DNA from: Nonlabens ponticola
GTDB taxonomy: Bacteria > Bacteroidota > Bacteroidia > Flavobacteriales > Flavobacteriaceae
Length of the DNA: 32,000 nucleotides
Direction of reading: 5' to 3'
Assembly: GCF_003966335.1 (NCBI RefSeq)
Contig: NZ_CP034549.1
Location: forward strand, 2,190,001 to 2,222,000
Shown here: positions 1-7,731 of the stretch, in pieces
Layout: each line of letters starts with the position of its first letter
How positions within the stretch are numbered: the stretch's first letter is position 1
Made by a program: the position numbers and the translations under genes
Notes under the pieces: generated by a model
What the model was told of the DNA's origin: nothing
The model's database searches: none
What the model saw: only the letters and a program-made list of their open reading frames with translations

Positions 1-1362
1 AATCTCATGGATTCTAGATAGCGATATTCCCATCGCAATCGCATCATACAATGCAAACACGCGATCCCAACTAGCGTTTGTCAATTTCTCGATCACCTGA
101 TTGTAATCAGTGTATCCTTTACCATCAGCGCCCAATCCATTGCGCTTAATCTCTAGCGACTGCGTCGCCTTGTGCAGCGCCTCCTGGAAAGAACGACCTA
201 TTCCCATGACCTCACCTACAGCCTTCATCTGCAGTCCTAGTGTACGGTCAGAGCCCTCAAACTTATCAAAATTCCATCGTGGAATTTTAACAATCACATA
301 GTCCAGTGTAGGTTCAAAAAGAGCACTTGTATTTCCTGTAATCTGGTTATTTAGTTCATCAAGTGAGTAACCTAGAGCCAGCTTGGTAGCTACCTTGGCG
401 ATAGGATAACCAGTCGCCTTACTAGCAAGTGCCGACGATCTAGAAACTCGTGGATTGATCTCTATCGCTATAATGTCTTCATTCTCATCGGGACTCACGG
501 CAAATTGTACATTACAACCACCTTCAAACTCACCTATGCTGCGCATCATATGGATCGCCATGTCACGCATTTTTTGGAAGGTGCGATCTGACAGTGTCAT
601 TGCTGGTGCGACCGTGATCGAGTCACCCGTATGGATTCCCATAGGATCCATATTTTCAATGGTACAAATGATGACAACATTATCATTTTTATCACGTAGT
701 AATTCTAGTTCATATTCTTTCCAACCCAATAGCGCCTTATCGATCATGACCTCATGAATAGGCGATACCTCAAGTCCACGTCTTAATAGTTCGTCATAAT
801 CCTCTTCCTTATGTACAATCGCCGCACCAGCACCACCTAATGTAAATGATGAGCGTATACACAAGGGAAAACCAAATTCCTGAGCAATTTCTTTACCTTT
901 CAGGAACGAGTTTGCAGTCGCCTGCGGCGCCATGCCTACGCCTATCTTGCCCATCAATTCTCTAAATTTCTCGCGATCCTCTGTAATATTGATGGCGTCG
1001 ATGTCCACACCTATCAAATCAACATCATGATCTTCCCAGATTCCTTTGTCTTGCGCCTCTATACATAGATTCAATGCCGTTTGACCGCCCATGGTAGGCA
1101 GTACCGCATCAATTTGTGGATGCTCTTTAAGTATTTGACGTAGCGAGTTGGTGTTAAGCGGCAACAAATACACATGATCTGCCATCGATGGATCAGTCAT
1201 GATCGTGGCTGGATTAGAATTGATCAAGATGGTCTCGATGCCTTCCTCACGCAGCGAGCGCAGCGATTGCGATCCGGCATAGTCAAATTCACAGGCCTGG
1301 CCTATGATGATGGGGCCGCTACCTATTAATAAGATGGATTTGATGTCAGTTCTTTTAGGCAT
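1..1362 (-). CDS. carB: Carbamoyl-phosphate synthase large subunit, N-terminal part (the 3' end runs off the left window edge)
   Basis: I translated the minus strand from the ATG at 1362..1360. It gives MPKRTDIKSILLIGSGPIIIGQACEFDYAGSQSLRSLREEGIETILINSNPATIMTD..., the canonical CarB ATP-grasp N-terminus. The frame stays open to position 1. It is absent from the ORF track because it is truncated. Confidence 0.93.
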   Translation of the reverse strand, partial: MPKRTDIKSILLIGSGPIIIGQACEFDYAGSQSLRSLREEGIETILINSNPATIMTDPSMADHVYLLPLNTNSLRQILKEHPQIDAVLPTMGGQTALNLCIEAQDKGIWEDHDVDLIGVDIDAINITEDREKFRELMGKIGVGMAPQATANSFLKGKEIAQEFGFPLCIRSSFTLGGAGAAIVHKEEDYDELLRRGLEVSPIHEVMIDKALLGWKEYELELLRDKNDNVVIICTIENMDPMGIHTGDSITVAPAMTLSDRTFQKMRDMAIHMMRSIGEFEGGCNVQFAVSPDENEDIIAIEINPRVSRSSALASKATGYPIAKVATKLALGYSLDELNNQITGNTSALFEPTLDYVIVKIPRWNFDKFEGSDRTLGLQMKAVGEVMGIGRSFQEALHKATQSLEIKRNGLGADGKGYTDYNQVIEKLTNASWDRVFALYDAIAMGISLSRIHEI

Positions 1363-1408
1363 GATAAAGTATTTGTAGGTGGTGTTAAATTTCGTGTTTA
1401 CAAGGCAT

Positions 1409-1440
1409 AAAAAAAGGCGTTACTTTAAAAAAGTAACGCC
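1409..1440 (-). terminator. Rho-independent terminator downstream of rpmH
   Basis: A 9-bp stem (GGCGTTACT 1416..1424 pairing with AGTAACGCC 1432..1440) has a 7-nt loop. On the minus strand it is followed by T7 (1409..1415). Confidence 0.6.
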
Positions 1441-1463
1441 AGTTATTTACAGATAATAAACCA

Positions 1464-1628
1464 TTATCGTTTGTGTCTTCTTTCAGTAGATACAGATAGT
1501 TTCTTACGACCCTTTGCTCTACGACGGGCAAGAACCTTACGACCATTTGCAGACGCCATGCGCTCGCGGAAACCGTGCTTGTTTCTTCTCTTTCTCTTAC
1601 TAGGTTGGTATGTTCTCTTTTGTGCCAT
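1464..1628 (-). CDS. rpmH: 50S ribosomal protein L34
   Basis: My minus-strand translation is [54 protein letters not shown] (54 aa), a typical L34. The + strand ORF 1471..1656 in the track is its antisense shadow. Confidence 0.93.
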   Translation of the reverse strand: MAQKRTYQPSKRKRRNKHGFRERMASANGRKVLARRRAKGRKKLSVSTERRHKR

Positions 1629-1676
1629 CGCTTGTTATATCTATATAAAGGTCTAACCTTAAATTTTAATCGGGTG

Positions 1677-1684
1677 CAAAAATA
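1677..1684 (-). promoter_or_regulatory. Candidate Bacteroidetes -7 box (TATTTTTG) for rpmH
   Basis: Matches the TAnnTTTG consensus on the minus strand, 48 nt upstream of the rpmH ATG. Confidence 0.3.
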
Positions 1685-1850
1685 GGATACTTATATGTAA
1701 ATACACAACCCAAACATAAATATTTATAGACGCTGGCAATTTTTTTTATGGGCGTGTTCCGGATGCTGGTATGGCTATCGCCTACCAGCCTATCGCTGCA
1801 ATCTGCTATCGCAGGATTTCCGCTCTATCCTTCACGCGGTTGCTGTTACT

Positions 1851-2046
1851 AGTTATTGGTGATTGATTATTTGTGATTGGTTATTGTTTGTTAGTTATAG
1901 GTTGTTGGTTGATGTGGTACGTGATATGTGGTGTGTGGTGTGTGGTATATGGTATGTGGTATGTGGTAGGTGGTAGGTGGTAGGTGGTATGTGGTATGTG
2001 GTATGTGGTATGTGGTATGTGGTATGTGGTATGTGGTATGTGGTAA
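1851..2046 (+). repeat. Heptanucleotide tandem array: degenerate (GGTTATT-like) units grading into about 19 near-perfect GTGGTAT/GTGGTAG units
   Basis: Direct reading shows period 7 in register from 1914 to 2046: GTGGTAC, GTGATAT, GTGGTGT x2, GTGGTAT, ATGGTAT, GTGGTAT, GTGGTAG x3, GTGGTAT x8, GTGGTAA. Positions 1851..1913 hold degenerate heptads in the same register. Confidence 0.95.
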
Positions 2047-2135
2047 AATTAAAATACGTACGGAACATTGACTCCACATAATCGAGTTGAATTGAAACTT
2101 GAAGTTTAACTCGAACTAAAATTGACATTGACATT

Positions 2136-2210
2136 GTCACCCTGAACTGGTTTCAGGGTCCTTAGAAAATATAAAGTGTAGTGAGATGCTGAGACAAAAT
2201 CAGCATGACA
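2136..2210. repeat. Small double-hairpin intergenic element with TGTCA/TGACA termini (REP/MITE-like)
   Basis: Hairpin 1 is ACCCTGAA 2140..2147 pairing with TTCAGGGT 2153..2160. Hairpin 2 is ATGCTGA 2186..2192 pairing with TCAGCAT 2200..2206. The ends TGTCA (2136..2140) and TGACA (2206..2210) are inverted. From memory it resembles a repeat common in flavobacterial intergenic DNA; this is unverified. Confidence 0.45.
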
Positions 2211-2405
2211 AAGAAACTCATAAGTTACATCTTAAACTCAATTTTGGTTGACAAAAGTATATTTCACTTGTTTCCCTTATTGCATCCGACGAGCGAGCGA
2301 GAGGAATGCATACCAACGGCAAAGGGTGTTCGCTGCTGAAATCAGTCCTACATAACCGTAAAGCACACAAACCTTATCAAACTATTATACCTTAACAAAC
2401 CATAG

Positions 2406-2413
2406 TATCTTTG
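2406..2413 (+). promoter_or_regulatory. Candidate -7 box (TATCTTTG) for the 2440 ORF
   Basis: TAnnTTTG match 26 nt upstream of the ATG at 2440. Confidence 0.35.
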
Positions 2414-2439
2414 CAAATTCAAAACAGAGATCATCCATT

Positions 2440-2955
2440 ATGTATAATAAAAATATCAAACTTGTCCTCGCAGCACTAGTAGTAGCTTTTGCGGTTTACC
2501 AATTCACTCGTAATGAAATCCTCACGGGAATCATGCTCATTTTATTAGCTGGTATATTTGTATTTCTATACTTCAAGAATGAGATTATCTTATTGGCATT
2601 TTTAAGGTTACGCAAACAAGATTTTGAAGGTGCACAAAAATGGCTCGCCAAAATTAAGAATCCAGAATCTGCTCTTGTTACAAAACAACAGGGTTACTAT
2701 AACTACCTTCAAGGCTTGATGATCTCACAAACCAATATGACTAAAGCCGAAAAATACTTCCGCAAAGCCATCAACCTAGGTCTAAACATGGATCAAGATC
2801 TCGCCGTAGCAAAATTGAATCTTGCAGGCATCGCGATGACCAAACGTCGCAAACGCGAAGCCACTACGCTACTGAACGAAGCCAAAAAACTAGATAAACA
2901 CGGCATGCTTACCGATCAGGTAAAAATGATGAAGCAGCAAATGAAGAAAATCTAG
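2440..2955 (+). CDS. Hypothetical membrane-anchored protein with a TPR-like C-terminal part
   Basis: A 171-aa ORF with two N-terminal hydrophobic helices (LVLAALVVAFAVY, ILTGIMLILLAGIFVFLYF). These are followed by an amphipathic helical region (AEKYFRKAINLG...AKLNLAGIAM). Confidence 0.7.
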   Translation: MYNKNIKLVLAALVVAFAVYQFTRNEILTGIMLILLAGIFVFLYFKNEIILLAFLRLRKQDFEGAQKWLAKIKNPESALVTKQQGYYNYLQGLMISQTNMTKAEKYFRKAINLGLNMDQDLAVAKLNLAGIAMTKRRKREATTLLNEAKKLDKHGMLTDQVKMMKQQMKKI

Positions 2956-3050
2956 ATTCTAAGGCTCCAAAAGGATTTCGGAAAATAGATGTTAGATAGC
3001 AGAACTATCATAACTCTATATTCTATACTCGATAATCCATCTTCATAAGA

Positions 3051-3956
3051 TTATATCTCAAACACTTTACCGTCCAGCGCACAGTGGCTATTTTCAAAAA
3101 TAGGCCTTGCCTCGTCAGTAAACATGTCATAGGACTTGTACCTAGAACTGTAGTGACCTAGAATTAGCATTCCAGCGTTCGCCTGTTTAGCAATGTCTGC
3201 CGCTTGAGCAGCCGTACTGTGTTTTGTTTTTTTGCACAAATGCTCATGAGGTATTAGAAAGGTGCTTTCATGATATAGCGCAGTGACACCTTGAATTTGT
3301 GGAATTATGTCTGGCTTGTAAACAGTATCGCTACAAAATGCATAGCTCTTAGGCGCATCACCATCCGTGGTAAGCTCGTTATTAGGGATGATCTCACCAG
3401 ATTCGGCAACGTAGTCTGCGCCTTTTTTGATACCTCTATAATAGGCTTTATCAACACCATATTCCTCGCAGGCAACTATATCTAGGTGTCGCTCGCCAGG
3501 TTTTTGCTGGAACAGGAATCCATGAGTATACACGCGGTGATCTAGTGGTATGGTAGTTACTTGTATCTGATCATCCTCAAATAGTAGAGTGGCTGTGGTT
3601 TCTACGCTTTCGCGAAAGCGTAATTCAAATGGCATATAGCTGTTGCCCAGCTTCATTTGCAATTCTATCATCTGCTTGATGCCTTTAGGGCCATAAATAT
3701 GCAAGGGCGTTTCACGACCCAGCAGACAAAAAGTGCTGATCAACCCGACTAGCCCATAAACATGATCGCCGTGCAAGTGTGAAATAAATATGTGCTTAAT
3801 GCGCGAAAACTTGACGCCATGCTTGCGCAGCGCCATTTGTGTGCCCTCGCCACAATCGATTAAAAATAAATGACCGCCAGTTTCTAACACTTGTGATGTA
3901 GGACGTGCATTATCTCGTGGTGTGGCGCTGTGGCAACCTAGAATGGTAAGTTTCAA
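3051..3956 (-). CDS. rnz: Ribonuclease Z (tRNA 3' endonuclease, metallo-beta-lactamase fold)
   Basis: 301 aa with N-terminus MKLTILGCHSATP and the HLHGDH zinc motif, of typical RNase Z length. The start codon is TTG (3956..3954). Confidence 0.88.
   Translation of the reverse strand: MKLTILGCHSATPRDNARPTSQVLETGGHLFLIDCGEGTQMALRKHGVKFSRIKHIFISHLHGDHVYGLVGLISTFCLLGRETPLHIYGPKGIKQMIELQMKLGNSYMPFELRFRESVETTATLLFEDDQIQVTTIPLDHRVYTHGFLFQQKPGERHLDIVACEEYGVDKAYYRGIKKGADYVAESGEIIPNNELTTDGDAPKSYAFCSDTVYKPDIIPQIQGVTALYHESTFLIPHEHLCKKTKHSTAAQAADIAKQANAGMLILGHYSSRYKSYDMFTDEARPIFENSHCALDGKVFEI
3606..3619. repeat. Iterated palindrome GCTTTCGCGAAAGC, copy 1 (inside rnz; extended 20-bp palindrome at 3603..3622)
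   Basis: Exact 14-mer. Context is TACGCTTTCGCGAAAGCGTA. It encodes RFRES in RNase Z. Confidence 0.95.
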
Positions 3957-4022
3957 TACTTTTTTTGTGGAAGTTACAATGTGATGTGTCTAGGTATGCG
4001 GTAAAGAAGTATTAAAATCCTC

Positions 4023-4355
4023 CTAGAACCCTAGATCGCGCTCGATTTCTTCCATCTCAATGACATCTTGTGCCTCTTGAATCGTAGGAACCACAAGCAA
4101 CTCATCAGGAATTTCATCTACAGGTACTGCGTCGTTGACAATAACTAGAGACTTTTTGCCGGCTCTATGTGTGTTACTTAAAGACAGATAACATAGTAAA
4201 TCTTGCAAACTCATTTCATTATACTTGAGCAAGTCGATAACCAAATTTTGATCTGCAAAGCCTTCGTGGATTTTAGTCAGGAAGGTGGCAAAGTCGCAAA
4301 CGCCATCTTGATCATCTTGAAGTAAGGTATAGTTATCTTGAACGGTACTAGTCAT
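4023..4355 (-). CDS. Hypothetical acidic protein (possible STAS-like fold)
   Basis: A 110-aa ORF whose start overlaps the pyrB stop by 8 nt (GATGACTAG), suggesting translational coupling. The pattern LVIDL...KKSLVIVND...VVPTIQEAQDVIEME resembles STAS or anti-sigma-antagonist topology; this is only weak recognition. Confidence 0.6.
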   Translation of the reverse strand: MTSTVQDNYTLLQDDQDGVCDFATFLTKIHEGFADQNLVIDLLKYNEMSLQDLLCYLSLSNTHRAGKKSLVIVNDAVPVDEIPDELLVVPTIQEAQDVIEMEEIERDLGF

Positions 4356-5283
4356 CTCGCTTAATTTTTGATGCGATCAAATATAAAACTGCCATGCGAA
4401 TGGCGACACCATTTTCTACTTGATTTAAGATTATTGCCTGATCTGAGTCTGCTACCTCACTGGTTATTTCAACACCACGGTTGATAGGACCTGGATGCAT
4501 GATGACAATTTCCTTATCTAGACTGTCAAGTATCTTGCGCGTCACACCGTATTGCTGGACATATTCACGTACACTAGGAAAATAGCTTATGTCCATACGT
4601 TCGTTTTGTACGCGCAGCATGTTGGCCACATCACACCATTGCAGGGCCTTCTTCAAATTATGTTCAACAAGAACACCTAGGCTCTCAATATGTTTAGGAA
4701 TTAGGGTGGCTGGGCCACAAACCATAACCTCAGCACCTAATTTTTTAAGGCAGTAGATATTTGATAGAGCTACACGACTATGGAGAATATCGCCGACAAT
4801 GACTACTTTTTTACCATCCAGAGATCCTAATTTCTCTTTGATGGAATAACTATCCAACAACGCTTGGGTAGGATGCTCGTGAGCACCATCGCCTGCATTC
4901 ACTATTCTCGCATTCACATTCTTGGAAAGGAACACACCAGCTCCAGGATTGGGGTGACGCATCACGACGATGTCCACTTTCATTGCGAGAATGTTATTGA
5001 CTGTATCAATTAAAGTCTCACCCTTCTTTACAGAACTTTGTGCTGCGCTAAAATTGATAACATCTGCACTTAGTCTCTTTTCGGCTAGTTCAAAACTTAG
5101 CTTGGTACGTGTGGAATTCTCAAAAAATAAATTGGCAATCGTAATGTCTCTCAGTGATGGTACTTTCTTGATAGGTCGATTGATCACTTCCTTAAACTGA
5201 TTTGCTGTAGTATGGATGAGTTCAATATCTTCTCGAGTAAGATATTTGATCCCTAGCAAGTGGTCTACGCTCAGACTGCTCAT
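4348..5283 (-). CDS. pyrB: Aspartate carbamoyltransferase catalytic subunit
   Basis: 311 aa with motifs STRTKLSFE, HEHPTQALLD and MHPGPINRG. Confidence 0.93.
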   Translation of the reverse strand: MSSLSVDHLLGIKYLTREDIELIHTTANQFKEVINRPIKKVPSLRDITIANLFFENSTRTKLSFELAEKRLSADVINFSAAQSSVKKGETLIDTVNNILAMKVDIVVMRHPNPGAGVFLSKNVNARIVNAGDGAHEHPTQALLDSYSIKEKLGSLDGKKVVIVGDILHSRVALSNIYCLKKLGAEVMVCGPATLIPKHIESLGVLVEHNLKKALQWCDVANMLRVQNERMDISYFPSVREYVQQYGVTRKILDSLDKEIVIMHPGPINRGVEITSEVADSDQAIILNQVENGVAIRMAVLYLIASKIKRDD

Positions 5284-5828
5284 GAATTCTCAGTTTTAAG
5301 AAGATAGACTGCATCTACTCCATCGTTTTCTTTCCATGACACCTTGACTTTTTGGTTTCCCAAGGCATCAACTTGCCTACCATTGTAATCTGGCTGGATA
5401 GGTAAATGTCTTGAAAATCTGCGATCGATAAGTGTTAGTAACTCAACGGTTTCAGGACGTCCAAAAGACTGCAAAGCTGTCAGTGCTGCACGAATGCTGC
5501 GACCTGTATAAAGAACATCATCAACGATGACTACATTTTTGTTTTCTAAAATAAAGTCAATTTGAGTGCTATTTGCTTGCAGTGGCTCTTCACCTCTTCG
5601 AAAATCATCTCTATAAAAAGTGATATCTAATTTACCTGTCTTGAGGTTTGAAATATTGTATTCTGATTGAAGCAATCTTGCAATACGATCTAACAGAAAT
5701 GAACCTCGAGGTTGAACACCGATAAGTGCTGTATTTGAAAAATCATCATGATTTTCAATCAACTGACAAACGAGACGATGCAAGGTCATGTCTAGCTGTG
5801 CGGCGTTGAGTAGTGTCTTTTGACTCAT
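5280..5828 (-). CDS. pyrR: Bifunctional pyrimidine regulatory protein PyrR / uracil phosphoribosyltransferase
   Basis: 182 aa with the PRPP-binding loop VVIVDDVLYTGRSIRAAL. An ATGA stop/start overlap with pyrB indicates an operon. Confidence 0.88.
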   Translation of the reverse strand: MSQKTLLNAAQLDMTLHRLVCQLIENHDDFSNTALIGVQPRGSFLLDRIARLLQSEYNISNLKTGKLDITFYRDDFRRGEEPLQANSTQIDFILENKNVVIVDDVLYTGRSIRAALTALQSFGRPETVELLTLIDRRFSRHLPIQPDYNGRQVDALGNQKVKVSWKENDGVDAVYLLKTENS

Positions 5829-5844
5829 TTAAATATGATTGAGT

Positions 5845-5852
5845 CAAAGATA
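5845..5852 (-). promoter_or_regulatory. Candidate -7 box (TATCTTTG) for the pyrR-pyrB operon
   Basis: TAnnTTTG on the minus strand, 16 nt upstream of the pyrR ATG. This implies a very short leader. Confidence 0.35.
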
Positions 5853-5972
5853 CAGTATTTAAAAAACCATTTTAAATTCTAGTTCTGAAACTATTTCTCA
5901 ATAAAATTGAACGCTTATAAGCACAACATAGGGATCTTTTAATTCTTATTTTCACAGTAAATTTTGATCATC

Positions 5973-7496
5973 ATGCGTTTTTATGTTGTCTGCATTGTTT
6001 TTTCATTAGCTGCTTTACATATAAGCGCACAAAAGGATGCTACTCCAGACTTAAAAGAGCAGCAAGCATTTATAGAGCTTGACTTCCTATCAATACCTCG
6101 AGATGCTGGCGAGGCCAACCTTACCTTATCAGGATCACATTTCAATTTAAAATTTGACAATGGCCTATATACTGGTATCGGAATTTATGGTGCAATCATT
6201 GGAGAGCGCGGTGGTTTCTTCACTCTTGGAGCTAACGCTGGGTATCAAGGCGATCTCACTGAAAACCTGTTTTATGATTTAGGTCTGCACATAGGTGGTG
6301 GTGGTGGCGATAGTGCACCAGATGGTGGTGGCGCATTCTTAATACCACAGGCAAAGCTAGGATACCGTTTTGAAAATTTTAATTTAAGCGCCGGTTATAG
6401 TTATATAAACTTTTTTGACAATGGTGATATTAATGAACATCAGGTCATAGCTGGAATTCAATTCCCGATTGAATTTGATCATACTGATTATTCAAATGCT
6501 AATCAGGACTATTCATTGAAGGATCTAAAAAATACATCGTGGGATAAAGAGAAATCAAGACTAGGCTTCATGGTTCATTTAAATAATCTCAAAACTTCAG
6601 GTCAGTCTCAAAATACAAGAGGTGTTCTATATAACGGTGCGACTATAAGATTAGTAGGTGTTGAAGTTTCTGCTCCTTTGAAAAATGGCTTCTTTACCTA
6701 TGCACGATTTGATGGCGCCTATGATGGCATTAAGTCCGGCTACATGGACGTCTTCTTGGGTGCTGGTCATGAATTCGCCTTTAATAGAAATCGTACGAGA
6801 ATTCTAGCAAAATTTGCTGCTGGTGCTGGCGGCGGTGGCGGCGTGGATACGCAAGGCGGTTTTCTGGTGTATCCGGATTTAAGCCTCGAACAGCAATTAT
6901 TCAACAATACTTATCTGGCTTTAAACCTGGGTTCTGTTTTATCGCCTAATCAACATTTTATAAGCACAGCTTACGGTCTAGGCTTAAAATATGATGTGAA
7001 CTATAATGGACTTGATCAGCGCGATCAGAATAAGGAAAGACGTTCTAAGTTTTATGGCTTGCAAGTAATACTCAAAGAAGATCTGTATTTGAACGCTGGA
7101 CGTATTGATGAAGCAGATCAAGATCTTTATCAGATTGCGTTACAAGTAAATCTAGATTTAGGAAACCACTTTTATCTCGCTGGACAGACTGCATTTGCAA
7201 ACTTCGGCGGTGCTGGCGCATATGCTGAAGGTCTTGTAGGTGCTGGTTTGCATACCAAACCATTCATAAATGATCGTGCGCGACTATTTGGTCAGGTGCT
7301 GGCTGGTGCGGCTGGTGGTGGACAAGTAAGCACCGGTCAAGGATTGATCGTCAAACCTAGTCTGGGCCTTGAGGTATTTCTCAGTGACCGATTTGGCCTG
7401 AGAGCTGCTGGTGGTTATGTGGATGCCGTAAGAGGCGATTTAAGTAGCCCGATATTGAATCTAGGTCTTACTTATAACATTGCTATTCTTAAGTAG
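5973..7496 (+). CDS. Hypothetical secreted or outer-membrane protein with three Gly-rich internal repeats
   Basis: The ORF track starts at a TTG (5964); the ATG at 5973 gives the signal peptide MRFYVVCIVFSLAALHISAQ. Alternating beta-strand-like segments are present. Three related blocks contain G4-5 runs: HIGGGGGDSAPDGGGAFLIPQAKLGY, AAGAGGGGGVDTQGGFLVYPDLSLE and LAGAAGGGQVSTGQGLIVKPSLGLE. Confidence 0.75.
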   Translation: MRFYVVCIVFSLAALHISAQKDATPDLKEQQAFIELDFLSIPRDAGEANLTLSGSHFNLKFDNGLYTGIGIYGAIIGERGGFFTLGANAGYQGDLTENLFYDLGLHIGGGGGDSAPDGGGAFLIPQAKLGYRFENFNLSAGYSYINFFDNGDINEHQVIAGIQFPIEFDHTDYSNANQDYSLKDLKNTSWDKEKSRLGFMVHLNNLKTSGQSQNTRGVLYNGATIRLVGVEVSAPLKNGFFTYARFDGAYDGIKSGYMDVFLGAGHEFAFNRNRTRILAKFAAGAGGGGGVDTQGGFLVYPDLSLEQQLFNNTYLALNLGSVLSPNQHFISTAYGLGLKYDVNYNGLDQRDQNKERRSKFYGLQVILKEDLYLNAGRIDEADQDLYQIALQVNLDLGNHFYLAGQTAFANFGGAGAYAEGLVGAGLHTKPFINDRARLFGQVLAGAAGGGQVSTGQGLIVKPSLGLEVFLSDRFGLRAAGGYVDAVRGDLSSPILNLGLTYNIAILK

Positions 7497-7500
7497 ACGT

Positions 7501-7569
7501 TAGTTATTCGTCATCGATAAGTGGTTATCAGTTATTATTAATGGTAATTCGTTATTCGTTGTAGGTTAT
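7501..7569 (+). repeat. Decayed heptad repeat (NNGTTAT-like, about 10 units)
   Basis: The units read TAGTTAT TCGTCAT CGATAAG TGGTTAT CAGTTAT TATTAAT GGTAAT(T) TCGTTAT TCGTTGT AGGTTAT. They resemble the degenerate 5' flank of the 1851..2046 array, with a one-nt phase slip. Confidence 0.4.
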
Positions 7570-7672
7570 CAGCATATAGCTTGACTCCAGCTATTATAGG
7601 TATTCCATAGTATTGAACTGTCTACCGGATTATTAACGTGTGAAAGTAATCAATACGTCACAATCAAGCCAT

Positions 7673-7707
7673 AAAAAAATCCCTTGCAATTATTTGCAAG
7701 GGATTTT
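7673..7707. terminator. Bidirectional rho-independent terminator (rpsA end and end of the Gly-rich OMP gene)
   Basis: An 11-bp perfect stem (ATCCCTTGCAA 7679..7689 pairing with TTGCAAGGGAT 7694..7704) has a 4-nt loop. It is flanked by A7 on one side and T4 on the other, which gives T7 on the minus strand after the stem. Confidence 0.75.
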
Positions 7708-7731
7708 ATCATTATTCAAATGAAGTGAGAT

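Noticed and set aside
1851-2046. Possibility that the tandem arrays (also 13049..13155) are CRISPR arrays
   Set aside because: The period is only 7 nt with no unique spacers. There are no cas genes and no leader-repeat-spacer architecture.
1891-2140. Two minus-strand ORFs (62 and 81 aa) with HIPHTTY-type heptapeptide repeats
   Set aside because: They are simply translations of the heptanucleotide array (7 nt x 3 gives a 7-aa periodicity). They are open in more than one frame, and I see no start context or flanking coding signal.
5829-5963. Searched for a PyrR-binding attenuator (Bacillus-type anti-antiterminator loop, consensus around UCCAGAGAGG) upstream of pyrR-pyrB
   Set aside because: No such sequence or terminator/antiterminator pair is visible. 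The candidate -7 box is only 16 nt from the ATG. PyrR here may act mainly as a UPRTase or regulate elsewhere.
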